From: Octopus vulgaris
Taxonomy: Eukaryota
Direction: 5' to 3'
Assembly (NCBI GenBank): GCA_951406725.2
Contig: OX597838.1
Span: 15,066,001 to 15,130,000 of the forward strand
Length of the DNA: 64,000 nt
A program made the position numbers and the translations under genes. The notes under the pieces were generated by a model. That model worked only from the letters and a program-made list of their open reading frames with translations, had not been told where the DNA came from and did not search any database. Each line of letters starts with the position of its first letter. The stretch's first letter is position 1. Of this stretch, positions 40,389 through 54,369 are shown in pieces.

Positions 40389-41210
40389 AAGGCGGCGAGC
40401 TGGCAGAATCGTTAGCACGCCGGGCGAAATGCTAAGTGGTATTTCGTCTGCCGCTACGTTCTGAGTTCAAATTCCGCCGAGGTCGACTTTGCCTTTCATC
40501 CTTTCAGGGTCGATAAATTAAGTACCAGTTACGCACTGGGGTCGATGTAATCGACTTAATACCTATGTCTGTCCTTGTTTGTCCCCTCTGTGTTTAGCCC
40601 CTTGTGGGTAATAAAGAAATAGGTATTTCGTCTGCCGCTACGTTCTGAGTTCAAATTCCGCCAAGGTCGACTTTGCCTTTCATCCTTTCGGGGTCGATTA
40701 AATAAGTACCATTTACTCACTGGGGTCGATATAATCGACTTAATCTGTTTGTCTGTCCTTGTTTGTCCTCTCTGTGTTTAACCCCTTGTTGGTAGTAAAG
40801 AAATAGGTATTTCGTCCGTCGCTACGTTCTGAGTTCAAATTCCGCCGAGGTCGACTTTGCCTTTCATCCTTTCGGAGTTGATATAAATTAAATACCAGTT
40901 TGGTACTGGGGTCGATGTAATCGACTTGACCCTTCCCCCAAAATTTCCGGCCTTGTGCCTATAGTAGAAAGGATTATTATTATTATTATTATTATTATTA
41001 AGGCAGCAAACTGACAGAACCGTTAGCACGCTGGGCAAAATGCTCAATGTCCTTTTGTCCGTCTTTACGTTCTGAGTTCGAATTCCACCGAGGTCGACTT
41101 TGCCTTTCATTGTTTCGGCGTCGATAAATTAAGTACCAGTTACGCACTGGGGTCGATGTATATCGACTTAATCTCCGCCCGCAAGCTGCTCTTGTGGCAA
41201 AAATCTGAAA
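40389..41210 (+). mobile_element. Meta-like SINE trimer followed by an older monomer
   Basis: Head at 40389, units rejoining at AAAGAAATAG|GTATTTCGTC, (ATT)n spacer, second head at about 41000. Confidence 0.85.
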
Positions 41211-41219
41211 TCATCATCA

Positions 41220-41292
<73 letters not shown>

Positions 41293-42019
41293 TATGACTA
41301 CCACTACTACTACTATTTGATAGTTAATGTTTTTCCAACAGTATTATTATTTATTTTACGAACTGTATTCTAAACCGAAACAAAACAGAAACATCATCTA
41401 GACAAACAGACAGACGGATAGACAGAGTGGAGGGTGTCTTTGCCACTAGAGAAGAGGATGAAGTAAAACCAACAAGAACGACAACAACAACAACGACAAA
41501 AAACCTCACCGAACTTAGCATTCTAGAAACGTGAGCCAAAGATGGATGGATTGAGGCTACAGGAGGAGGAGGAAGAGGCTGAGGAGGAGGAGGAAAGGGA
41601 GGGGGGAAAAGGAGAAGGCGGAGGAGAGGAAAGAGAGAATGGTTTAGTTTAGCAATCTCATTGCACTGATCAACTGAGATCGGGCGCATCAATAATTTAT
41701 ATCGATGAATTATTAAATAGGTTTTATCTGATGAAATTTCCATGAGGTAAGGTTATAAATAAATAATTATCAGGCCTAGCTGACGTTAACCGGTGATTGG
41801 CTGGAAAGTCGATAGTTTTAGTTCTATGTGTACACACACACACACACATGCACACTCACACACACACATACACACAGATACACACACATACACACACACA
41901 TGTATTTACACCGCACACACGTATATACACACATATAAATGACTACATATATGCATATATTCAAATACATACATATGATATACGTGTGTGTGTGTCTCTA
42001 TATACACACATACAGACAT

Positions 42020-42061
<42 letters not shown>

Positions 42062-42197
42062 ACACATACACGCGCATAAAGATGTATTTACACCGCACAC
42101 ACGTATACACACACATATAAATGAGTACACATATGCATATATTCAAATACATACATATGATATGTGTGTGTGTGTGTCTCTATATACACACATACAG

Positions 42198-42228
<31 letters not shown>

Positions 42229-42310
42229 CATTTATAACCTAAGTTAAATATAGAAGTTACAATATTAATGTAATAGCTAATAGTCAGGAGACAATAGATT
42301 CTTTTAGTAA

Positions 42311-42900
<590 letters not shown>

Positions 42901-43027
42901 TAACGACGTTAATAACGATGATTTTTATTATCAGCCACAAGAGCGCAACATATGAGAAACTTCGCGACGACGAAGCACAAAGGGATAGAATTGAGAAACT
43001 CATTAACATATAATAAGACAAGAACCG

Positions 43028-43071
<44 letters not shown>

Positions 43072-43242
43072 CATGTGGGTATGTGTGTGTATGTGTGTGT
43101 GCGTGCGTGTGTGTGTGTGCGTGCGTGTGTGTGTGTGTGTGTATGTGTGTGTGTGTGTGCGTGTGTGTGTGTGTATGTGTGTTTGTGTGTGTGAAGCTTC
43201 TTTTGAAGATAAGGATGAAATATTCACATTATCTTTTGCATC

Positions 43243-43300
<58 letters not shown>

Positions 43301-44077
43301 TGATGATAATAATAATAATAATAATTTAGATCGTCACAACGGCTGGTACATACACACATTGAATGTTAGAACTCGAGTGTTACAAAGATACATGAGAGTG
43401 GGCAAGACCCATTTATACAGAAATTTGAGGGATGGGTTTACAGATAATGTACTCGTTAAAAAATTTGATAAAATCGCAGAATAAATAAATGTAAAAAGTA
43501 TGTTAATATATTCATATAATTAAAACCAGAGAAAATCTAATTTTATAATTATCCTAATAAAACAGTTTTTGGGTAACCCATTCAATCACAGTTGAGAGAA
43601 CTTAGTGACTAGATTGGGCCACGACGCCCGATGACTCTGACTTCTTGCCACTCGTCAAAACACCTATAACCGAGGATCCCGTTTAGCATTCTGATGTCGG
43701 TCTAGATAAGACATCCTACCGTATCTAGCACGAAATGACAGAGCAGACGTTGATAAAATAGTTTTGTAGCTTTTATTAGGGTTAATCTATCACAAAATCG
43801 GAGCTAAACTCCTTCTCAATCAACACCAGTTTTCTCTCTCCTTCTTCGACATCGTTCGTTTAGTAGTTCTGTCAGTTTTTCGTTTATTTTACAAAGAACT
43901 GAACTTCAAATCATCCTTCTTGAAGGAGATTGGCTCTATCCCATTCGTTTTGCTTCTCTTATCTTGATCAGTGTATTCTTTTCCTTCAGGTTTTTTTCTT
44001 TTCTTTCCATTCTTAATGCCTCCAGGAATCTGCCAACCATATTTCTTACCACGTTCACTTCATTATCACAAGACGAT

Positions 44078-44628
44078 CATCATCATTCATCATTGTTCGA
44101 CCGTGGTCGAGACAATGGAATTTACCATGCTACGCCAGACTTCACGGTCCATCATAGCATTACGGAGGTCCTGTTGCTGGATGCCTGTATCTCTGGAGAT
44201 TACATCAGGGTAGGAGAGTGTAGATTGCGAGTAGATGGCTTCCAGAGGAGAAGAGTAGAAATTGCCTCGTTTTCAGCTCTAGAACAATGTCCAGCAAACT
44301 GGACTCTCCTACCTTTCACAAGAGATGACACAGGTGATAGTTTCTCATATATTTGCATTTTGGTTGGATGATGCTTCCACGAGAGATTTTGAGCTCTCAT
44401 AAGGAGGCGAATGTAGGTTCCATCCAACCGCCTCTCAAGCTTCTTTGATAACGTCCAGGTTTCTGAGCCATATAGTAGAATTGGTTCGACTGTGGCTTTG
44501 AAGATTTCAAGTTTGAAGTCTCTACTTAGATTTGATGACCAGAGCTTATGCATGTCATTACAGGCTGACCAGGCCATACCCTTTCTAGTTAGAAAATATT
44601 TTCCAGATGATGATATGTATGACCCAAG
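44078..44628 (-). mobile_element. RTE-clade LINE 3' fragment, same family as 16076
   Basis: LGSYISS..PILLYGSETWTLSKKLERRLDG..FAGHC; (GAT)n tail; 9-bp direct repeat CAAGACGAT (44069-44077 and 44625-44633). Confidence 0.87.
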
Positions 44629-44969
44629 ACGATAGAGTGACGCCGCTGATAAAGAAACCGGTAAGTTTCCTTGTTGGTTCTTGAATCTGAGAACGAGCAG
44701 ATATCCTTGAATAGCATATTCTACAACATACGTATCAGCTGAAAATGAGAGCTTGTATTTCTATAAAGAACACATCCGTCCATATATCGTCAGAAATTAT
44801 ATCGCCGCGCAGTTCGCCTACCCGTATTGTCCTAGGAGGATGACTATGTGCCAAGGTCAACCTTGCCGTGTTCTTTCGTTCCTAATATTCGTTGGATTAG
44901 TTTGTGGGCAAATGTGTACAGACCAACCGATCGGTATGCGATCATTTTTTACAAGCAATGCATAATTCT

Positions 44970-45204
44970 CTCTTCTCCTCCTCCTCCTCCTTTTTCTTCT
45001 TCTTCGTCTTCTTCTTCTTCTTTTTCGTCTTCTTCTTTTTCTTCTTCGTCTTCTTCTTCTTCTTGTCTTCTTCTTCTTCTTCTTATCCTCTTCCTCCTTC
45101 TTCTTCTTCTTCTTCTCCTCCTCCTCCTCCTCCTTCTTCTTCTTCTTTACCTTCTTCTTCTTCTTCTTCTTCTTCTTCTTCTTCTTCTTCTACTTTTTCT
45201 TCTT

Positions 45205-45235
<31 letters not shown>

Positions 45236-45385
45236 TCCTCTTCCTCCTTCTTCTTCTTCTTATCCTCCTCCTCCTCCTCCTCCTTCTTCTTCTTGTCTTC
45301 TTCTTCTTTACCTTCTTCTTCTTCTTCTTTTTCTTCTTTACCTTCTTCTTCTTATTATTCTTATTCTTATTCTTCTTCTTCTTCT
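44970..45385. repeat. (TTC/TCC)n tract
   Basis: Direct reading. Confidence 0.96.
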
Positions 45386-45914
45386 GAGAAGTATACTTTC
45401 TAATTGTCTGGATGATGGCAAAGAAAAGACTTTTTGTAGTTTGTCAAGGCACATGTAGATTATGTTCCTTCTCTCTCTCTCTCTCTCTCTCTCCCATCTC
45501 TCCCCTCTCTCCCCCCTCTCCCCCTTCTCTCCCCTTCTCTCTCTCCCCTCTCTCCCCCCTCTCTCTCTGTCGTCTTACAGCTTCGAGTACAAAAGTAAAT
45601 GAGGCTGATTTTTCTTTTCGTTGCATGTCTAGAGCTCTTCTGTCCGAAATTATGTGTGTAAAAACAAAACTGGTGTTCCATTCAAATGTTTATTGTTATT
45701 TCATCATTTGGCAAAGCTTGAATGTTTGAATGACTATTGTTGTTTTGTTGCCAAAATCTTGCAAGAATTCTCTATATTATTGCCGTTGTTAATAGAAAAG
45801 TTATGTTTTCCTTCTAAAGTGTGTGTCTTCCTGTACAATATTGTTTGGTTTCTCTTTGTTTTATTTTTGTTTTTTTGTATATGGCAGGGGGGGGGGCTAT
45901 TTCTTATAGCCATA

Positions 45915-45978
<64 letters not shown>

Positions 45979-46056
45979 AACAAATAAGAGAAAATAAATT
46001 GATCTAAAAACATTATTTTACCTCCAGACAGACTTTCAAATTGACAAGATTTTTTT

Positions 46057-46087
<31 letters not shown>

Positions 46088-46918
46088 AAGAAGAAGAAGA
46101 AGAAGAAGAAGAAGAAGAAGAAGAAGAGGAAAAAGGAGAAGAAGAAGAAAAAGGAGAAGAAGAAGAAGAAGAAGAAGAAGAAGAAGAAGGAGTAAAAAGA
46201 AGAAGGAGTAAAAAGAAGAAGAAGAAGAAGAAGAAGAAGAAGAAAAAAGAAGGAGAAGGAGAAGAAGAAGAAGAAGAAGAAGAAGAAGAAAGAAGAAGAA
46301 GAAAGAAGAAAGAAGAAGAAGAAGAAGAAGAAGAAGAAGAAGAAGAAGAAGAAGAAAAAGAAGAAAAAGATATATATACCAACATTTTACATGTGTGTGT
46401 GTGTGTGTATACAATATTACCAGTAGAAAGTCTCATACGAGTGACCCAGCTCACATTCTACATAATCAACACCCTATATACAATAACACATCCGACACAA
46501 CATAACCTTGCATTCTTACTCAATAATGTAACCAACGCGTACAGTAAGTACTTCACACGGTCACCGACTTATAGTCTATTATAATCCATACGACACACGC
46601 CGTTTACATAATCATCTCTGAACTACAACAAAAGAAATCACACATTTCATTTGTACATTTGCATCAGAATTGCCTGTCAGTGAAAATAACACAACTCACA
46701 CACCACCTTCGCATTGCATTCAACTTTTTTAATGTAATAATACAGCAAATCATATTATGCATACTCTATACCAACTTTTTGTACTGGACTTACCCGGAAA
46801 TACTTGAATCCTGCGAGAGGTCAGTAGGAGTTCCACGAGAAATGCTGATGAAATCGGTTAATTATATGCAAATTATGCAAATTCATTTTGAGTCATTTTT
46901 AATTCTACATTCGTGATG

Positions 46919-47032
46919 TTTACATTATTTACATGCCCGTGGGCATATGGCGTAGTGGTTAAGAGCGCAGGCTACTAAACCCAAGATTTCGAGTTCGATT
47001 CTAGGCTGTGACCTGAATAATAGTAATAATAA
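46919..47032 (+). mobile_element. 5' (tRNA head) part of the same hammerhead element family
   Basis: ATGCCCGTGGGCAT mini-palindrome, TGGCGTAGTGG A box, GAGTTCGATTC B box, GTGACCTGAATAAT. It is preceded by tttacattatttacat, the reverse complement of the family tail. Confidence 0.7.
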
Positions 47033-47130
47033 TAATTATTATTATTATTAAAATTTTTTTTTTTTTTTCTTCTTTCAAATTTGCTTCCATTTCTTGCCGA
47101 GTGTCTTCCTGACTCCTAGGGCAAAGAAAC

Positions 47131-47182
<52 letters not shown>

Positions 47183-47183
<1 letters not shown>

Positions 47184-47520
47184 GAGTGAGAGAGCAGTTC
47201 ATGCCATCAAAGTGACACTGGGGTAAAATATACGAAGCCCAATATACCCATCATGACTACCCGTCTGATAAGGGTACACCAGGCACATGCATCACAACCA
47301 TATGTGCGCGACATGGTGATCTCATATCAAGATAAACAGCACATGACCTTGCAGGTGGGGCCCAGTTAGAATTTTCTTCAGGTTGAGTAGCCCATCCCGC
47401 TCAAAAGGTCCCTGAATAAGGGTTGTTCAAGGATGTTGAAAGAACCACCCATGTTTCCAGAAGTGAATTATTCAAACCCCAAAGAATCCCTCTCAACACA
47501 TGGCTATGATGCTCCCCCAT
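47183..47520 (-). mobile_element. 5'-truncated copy of the (AAT)n-associated family
   Basis: Reverse complement of about 5100-5433, embedded in (ATT)n on both sides. Confidence 0.75.
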
Positions 47521-47549
47521 GGCTATTATTATTATTATTATTATTATAA

Positions 47550-47835
47550 TTAACAGACAGTGCGACCAAGTCCTAGAGACAAAACGGCCAGATATCGTGA
47601 TCATCCATAAAGATGAACAAGAAGCAAAGATAATAGATGTTGCAATACCAGGCGATTCGGGGGTGACATATAAGGAAACAGAGAAGATTGAGAAATACCA
47701 GCCATTGCGGGATGAAGTAGGAAAGTTATGGGGCAAGAGGAAAGTAATGGTGATACCGGTGGTAATTGGAGCATGAGGAGCAGTTTCCAAGGGCTTTGAA
47801 AAACATATTAAGAATATTGGAGCTGCTGTCAGGCT
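47550..47835 (+). pseudogene. Fragment of the restriction-like endonuclease domain of an R4/Dong-type non-LTR retrotransposon
   Basis: RPDIVII..IIDVAIP..KE.EKIEKYQPL..LW..VIPVVIGA*G is the PD-(D/E)xK RLE motif, with a nonsense codon in the expected GALG. Confidence 0.8.
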
Positions 47836-47930
47836 CGAACTCAGAACGTAAGGACGGACGAAATGCCGCTAAGCATTTTTCCGGCGTGCTAACGATTCTG
47901 CCAGCTCGCTGATAATGGTGATGATGATGT

Positions 47931-47963
<33 letters not shown>

Positions 47964-48524
47964 GGATGATGATGATGATGATAGATGATGATTTCAATGT
48001 TTTTACGCAAGGGCAGCTTGGGGGAGAGGATTAAGTCCATTACATCGACCCCCAGTGTGTAACTGGTACTTATTTAATCGACCCCGAAAGGATGAAAGGC
48101 AAAGCTTTCATTTTTATATTTTCTCGACATCCACTGTTTACAACTCCCTATCAAACCTCTTCAGTGAAGTATACCCATCGCTGCTTTACATAGTTAATAT
48201 ACGGATCGCTGAAAAATCTAATTAGAAATAAAAATAGGATGGCAGAGAAAGGAAAACGGCATTTACCAATGATGCAAATTAATTACTAAGGCTACTTTTC
48301 AATTTGCATTTTATTAACTCCATACTCATCGGTGAAGTATAGCCGTCGTCGTTCTTAACCAAGAAATTTGCGAATGCATCACTACTTGAATAATACTTTT
48401 ATACAAAACTAAACGTACGAGGTAGTTCTAACTGTTGGACTCCACCTCGTTTTACTTTCAAACTTTCTATATTTATCTATCGTTGCAGCAGGCAATGCAT
48501 TTGTTATTATTCCTGTTATAATTT

Positions 48525-49110
48525 AGGCGGCGAGCTGGCAGAGTCGTTAGCACGCCGGGCAAAATGCTTAGCGGTGTTTCGTCTGCCGCTACGTTCTGAG
48601 TTCAAATTCCGCCGGGGTCGACTTTGCCTTTCATCCTTTCGGGTTCGATTAAATAAGTACTAGTTACGCACTGGGGTCGATATAATCGACTTAATCCGTT
48701 TGCCTGTCCTTGTTCGTCCCCCCTGTGTTTAGCCCCTTGTTGGCAGTAAAGAAATAGGTATTTCGTCTGTCTTCATGTTCTGAGTTCAAATGCCGCCGGG
48801 GTCGACTTTGCCTTTCATCCTTTCGGGTTCGATTAAATAAGTACTAGTTACGCACTGGGGTCGATATAATCGACTTAATCCGTTTGCCTGTCCTTGTTCG
48901 TCCCCCCTGTGTTTAGCCCCTTGTTGGCAGTAAAGAAATAGGTATTTCGTCTGTCTTCGTGTTCTGAGTTCAAATGCTGCCGGGGTCGACTTTGCCTTTC
49001 ATCCTTTCGGAGACGATATATTAAGTACCAGTTACGCACTGGAGTCAATGTAATCGACTGGTCCCCTCACCAAAATTTCAGGTCTTGTGCCTATAATAGA
49101 AAGGATTATT
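48525..49110 (+). mobile_element. Meta-like SINE tandem trimer
   Basis: One head and three units. Units 1 and 2 share private variants (GGGTTCGATT, GCCTGTCC); the last has the older tail. Confidence 0.85.
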
Positions 49111-49594
49111 CTTGTTGTAATCATTATTGTTGCTGTTGCGTTATTCTTTTCGTCAGCCCTGATCAAGTAAATCCGATGAACTTCAACATTCCAAATTCAC
49201 AACCATCTCACCTTTCTTTCGTATTTCTTTTAAGCATAACATATCTAGGGCCTCATTTTCTAAGTTATCCTCCTTCCTTTGAGATATGAAGACGTTTAAC
49301 TGGGTGGGTTTTTTTCTACAAAGAGAATGAACCACTTACAAGTTTCGTTTGGCTCGTGTTAGTTCTGGTCGCTGCTGTTATTTAACCCCATGTTAGCCCA
49401 GATCGAGCAGATCTATGATCAAAGTCATTCTAAAGCCGTGATCATCCTGTCTTCATTTTTTTTGCAGAATTACTTCGCACTTACTTTTTAAAACTTATAA
49501 CATACGACATGAGAAGAATAGGGTGCTATTTCTAACAAATTGAACGAACACTTAGACGTCCCTTCGTTCACTCACGTAAGATTAGTTGCTATTG

Positions 49595-49610
<16 letters not shown>

Positions 49611-49626
<16 letters not shown>

Positions 49627-49908
49627 GGTGGTGGTGGTGGTGGTGGTGGTGGTGGTGGTGGTGGTGGTGGTGAGGGTGGTGAGGGTGGTGAGGGTGGTGG
49701 TGGTGAGTGGTGGTGAGGGTGGTGGTAGTGGTGGTGAGGTGGTGGTGAGGGTGGTGGTGGTGGTGGTGGTGGTGGTGGTGGTGGTGGTGGTGGTGGTGGT
49801 GGTGGTGGTGGTGGTGGTGGTGGTGGTGGTGGTGGTGGTGGTGGTGGTGGTGGTGGTGGTGGTGGTGGTGGTGGTGGTGGTGAGGGTGGTGGTGGTGGTG
49901 GTGGTGGT
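49611..49908. repeat. (GGT)n tract (others at about 31388-31640, 36177-36440, 53954-54170)
   Basis: Direct reading. Confidence 0.96.
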
Positions 49909-50204
49909 TGGCCCTAGCTCAGATCTAAAAAGCATTCCTTCCATCTATGGCCATCTCTTTTTTTTACGAGGTGAAACGTTCGGAGATGTCACAATGTACC
50001 TAGGTTGTTGCTGTTGTTGTTGTTGTTTAGTCACAAAAGTTATTCTTGTCGGGCAGACCTACTATCAAAGGCGTTTCAACTATTACCATCCTGTATTATT
50101 TGTGTATCTAGGATTACATTCACCACTATGTCCCTGTTTAAGGTGGTAGATGGGTTTCATTTGAAGAAAATTTAGCTGCTATTTATAGCAGATCGAGCGA
50201 CTAT

Positions 50205-50687
50205 CTATAGGCTTCCTCGTCTGACCTATGTATGATATGGTGGCGAATAGTACAAGCATGATTCGATTGCTATTTTTAGCAGGTCTATAGGACGTTAATA
50301 TCGCAGGCACATCGTCTCATGATCTCGTAGCCAGATCGTGTCGTAGTCTCGCAGACTCGTTGACTCACAGACACGTATTCTCGCAGGCTTGTAGTCCTGG
50401 ATACTTGTGCCTTTATAGAATCATAAGCTCATAGTTTTGTAGTTTTCTATAGACTTCCTCGTCTAACCTATGCATGATATGGTGGCGAATAGGACAAGCA
50501 TGATTCGATTGCTATTTTTAGCAGGTCTGTAGGACAATAATATCGCAGGCACATCGTCTCATGATCTCATAGCCAGATCGTTTAGTAGTCTCGCAGACTC
50601 GTTGACTCAGTGACACGTATTCTCGCAGGCTTATAGTCCTGGACGCTCGTGCCTTTATTGAATCATAAGCTCGCAATTTTGTAGTTT
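50205..50687. repeat. Direct tandem duplication, period 242 bp
   Basis: CTATAG(G/A)CTTCCTCGTCT.. starts at 50205 and 50447, and the copies align throughout with scattered substitutions. Confidence 0.92.
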
Positions 50688-51347
50688 GATAGACTTATAA
50701 CCTTGCAGGTCCTTGGTTTCGTAAGCAAACAGTCTCGTAGGATCGCAGTTTTGTAGCATCGTAGTCACGTAGACTCAAAGATGATAAGTAGTCCCATGGG
50801 CTCGAAAGTACAGAGTGTCATGAGAACCAAGCGACATAGTCACGTAGTCTTATAAATTTTATTATCTCGAAGGTAATGCATACAGTCGTAATAAGTAAAG
50901 TGATGGCTGGTTTCTCCTTGCCTTTCAATACACGCTGCTTGTTGCTTGGTAATTCCCCGTGTGTTCTATTAATGCATCAAAAACAGCCCCCAACAGACTG
51001 GGCAAATAGCAGATATTCTTTTTCGCTAACATTTATCCAAGCTTCTGTTAGCAGTAAGCTCGGTGAAATATTAAAGCCAGAGTAATTTTGTTAGCTAATT
51101 CATAATTCATAATCCTGTCAAAGCAGACATTAATTATTAAATCTTCTATTCTCCTCGAAACGATATTGATGGCCAGTGAAAGTGGAGATAGAAATGGTGG
51201 ATGTACTTGTACGATGTACGCATGCGTGCGTGCGTGTGCGTTTGTTTGTGTGTCAGTGTGTACACGCGTGTGTGTGGTTATATGTGATTGTATGTGAGTC
51301 TGTATGGACCAATGCGAGTGTGTATATATAAATATATATATATATAT

Positions 51348-51408
<61 letters not shown>

Positions 51409-51434
51409 TATACATACATATATATATGTATATG

Positions 51435-51474
<40 letters not shown>

Positions 51475-51720
51475 AGTGTATGTACGTGTGTGTCTCTGTA
51501 AGTACGAGTGAGAGTGTGTGACTGAGAGAGAGAGAGTTTATCAATGTGTGTATATGTATGTTTGTGTGAATGTGCGTATATATGAATATATGTATGTGGT
51601 GTATTTGCGTGAGTACTTTTGTCTGTAGATATGTATACGTGTGTGCCCTGCCGTATATATATATATAGCTCTGTGTTTTTGTATATTTCTTATGTATGTT
51701 GGGTTATGTCTATATTATGA

Positions 51721-51757
<37 letters not shown>

Positions 51758-51797
51758 TGTGTATGTACGTTTTTATGCATGTATTCATACAAATATC

Positions 51798-51829
<32 letters not shown>

Positions 51830-52103
51830 CATACGTACGTACAAAGTGTGTATGTGGTTATTTGCACATTAAGAATATTACAACTTATACACACGTAGAC
51901 ACAAACACAAACGTACGCATACACACATACACACACACATACACACACACACACAAACACACATATATATAGGTGCGTGTGTAAGTGTGTGTGTGTGTGT
52001 TTCCATGTGTAAATGTAGGTGCCCGTATGCATGTATGTAGAGAGAGAGAGAGAGAGAGAGAATAAAGGAGGAAGGGAGAGGAAAGAGAAAGGAACATGTG
52101 TGT

Positions 52104-52156
<53 letters not shown>

Positions 52157-52257
52157 CCTATGTACGTGGTGACTGTGTGTGTGTGTGTCATTATATACCA
52201 GTGCGTGTATGCGTGGGTGTTTACGTACACGTATATAAATGTATGTATATATTTGTA

Positions 52258-52518
<261 letters not shown>

Positions 52519-53374
52519 AGCGCGAGTGTGTGTATTTGTGTGCGTAAACAATATATCTAGAAGCCATTGTCTGTATGACTGTGTAGGTATGACACATGAT
52601 AGCCAGAGGCCGTGTCACTGTGAATGTATTTGTGTGTGAACGTGTATGCGTGTGTCAAAGTATATGCGGGTGTGTAAGTGTATATGTCTGTCGGTGACAA
52701 GCAATATATCTTGGTGCTCGTGCGTATACGCATGGTATGTTTGTGTATGTACGTATGTATGTATGTGTGTATGTATGTATGTATGTATATTTTTGTATGT
52801 ATATGTATGTATGTGTGTATGCATATATATATATATATATATGTATATACTATGTATATACTATGTATATGTATGTATTGTGTATGTATGTTTGTGTAAG
52901 TATGTATGTATATGCATGTATGTTTGTATATGTATATATGTGTGTATGCATATATATATATATATGTATGTTTGTATGTATATGTGTATGCATGTATGTT
53001 TGTGTAAGTATGTATGTATATACATGTATGTTTGTATTACCTGTGTATGTATTTATATGTATATATATGTATGTATATGTATATACGTGTGTATGTATGT
53101 ATATGTTTGTATGTGTGTTTCTATGTTTGTATGTATGAATATGTATATGTGAATATATGTACGTGTGTGTGCGTGTGTGTGCGTGTGTGTGTGTGTCTGT
53201 GTGTGTGTGTGTGTCTGTGTGTGTCTGTGTGTGTGAGTGTGAGTGTGTAACACCTTTACCTCTCTCTGTATGTCTGCATGTCATTCACACAGAGATCATA
53301 TCTACAGATTTTCCTAACGAGTGACGTTTCCTCGTTTCTGCTCCATGACAATGTCAGTTAACGCACAGACATAC

Positions 53375-53775
53375 CAAACAATAAGAACAACAATAACAAT
53401 AACAATAACACTGGCAACAACAACGATGGCTGTCACAACATTTATACCATAACGAGAGCATTTGTAACCTTCCTCAAATATCGTGATATCACGTGCGTGA
53501 GTATATCAGAAAGCGCGAGAAAGTGACAGAGAAGGAACGGAGCTGAAGAGAAAAACGATAATGCAGACCGATTGTAAAGGGAAATTTGAATTTAGGATAG
53601 TTATAAATAACAAAGCGAAGTGGAAATAAAGAGAGAGAGAGAGGAGTGTTAGTGACAAAGTGACGACACGTTGAGCAGGCAACACTCTTAAACGCATCGA
53701 CAAAATGGAACTGCGCAAACGATATACGATCACGTGACCCAATGCAAAGCGCAAAAGGTGACACGAACAGGCGGA
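53375..53775 (-). promoter_or_regulatory. Candidate promoter and first non-coding exon
   Basis: Unique, CpG-richer island among microsatellites. CCAAT at 53739-53743, TCACGTGA E-box at 53730-53737, Inr-like GCAGTT at about 53712 followed by YY1-like CCATTTT, second CACGTG at about 53490, donor TG|GTATGT at 53375/53374. Confidence 0.35.
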
Positions 53776-54272
53776 ACCAAGAAATGCACAATGCCACACA
53801 CAATTGCTTTTCTGATACTGATGTTCTTAGCCTTTTTTTTTTTGCTTTGTTTTTTTTTTTTGTTTTTTTTTTAATATCAATTCTGAATCTGCATAAACCA
53901 CACTGATTATCACCGAGGAGGTAAATAGAAACTGAAAGTGATAAAGAGATTAGTGGTGGTGGTTGTGGTGGTGGTGGTGGTATTGGTGGTGGTGGTGGTG
54001 GTGGTGGTGGTGGTGGCGGCGGTGGCGGTGGCGGTGGTGGTGGTGTTGGTATTGGTGGTCGTGGTGGTGGTGATGGTGGTGGTGGTGATGGTGGTGGTGG
54101 TGATGGTGGTGGTGGTGGTGGTGGTGGTGGTGGTGATGGTGGTGGTGGTGGTGACGGCGGCGGCGGTGGTATCGTTGCTGCTGCCGTTATTCGCTTTTAT
54201 TGCATTTTGCTTTTTGTGAACAATTTGATTCTTGGTATGGGTTTGAACATGCCATCACTGCTTAAAAGTAGT

Positions 54273-54338
54273 CCTTCTTCTTCTTCTTCTTCTTCTTCTT
54301 CTTCTTCTTCTTCTTCTTCTTCTTCTTCTTCTTCTTCT

Positions 54339-54369
<31 letters not shown>

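Noticed and set aside
41900-42210. ~180-bp duplication within a CA/TA field (similar small ones near 34618/34971 and 37430/37600)
   Set aside because: Real, but explained by ordinary slippage or unequal exchange in microsatellite DNA.
46942-47015. Functional tRNA gene (apparent ACT anticodon loop)
   Set aside because: Anticodon and acceptor stems do not pair properly; it is the head of the hammerhead element.
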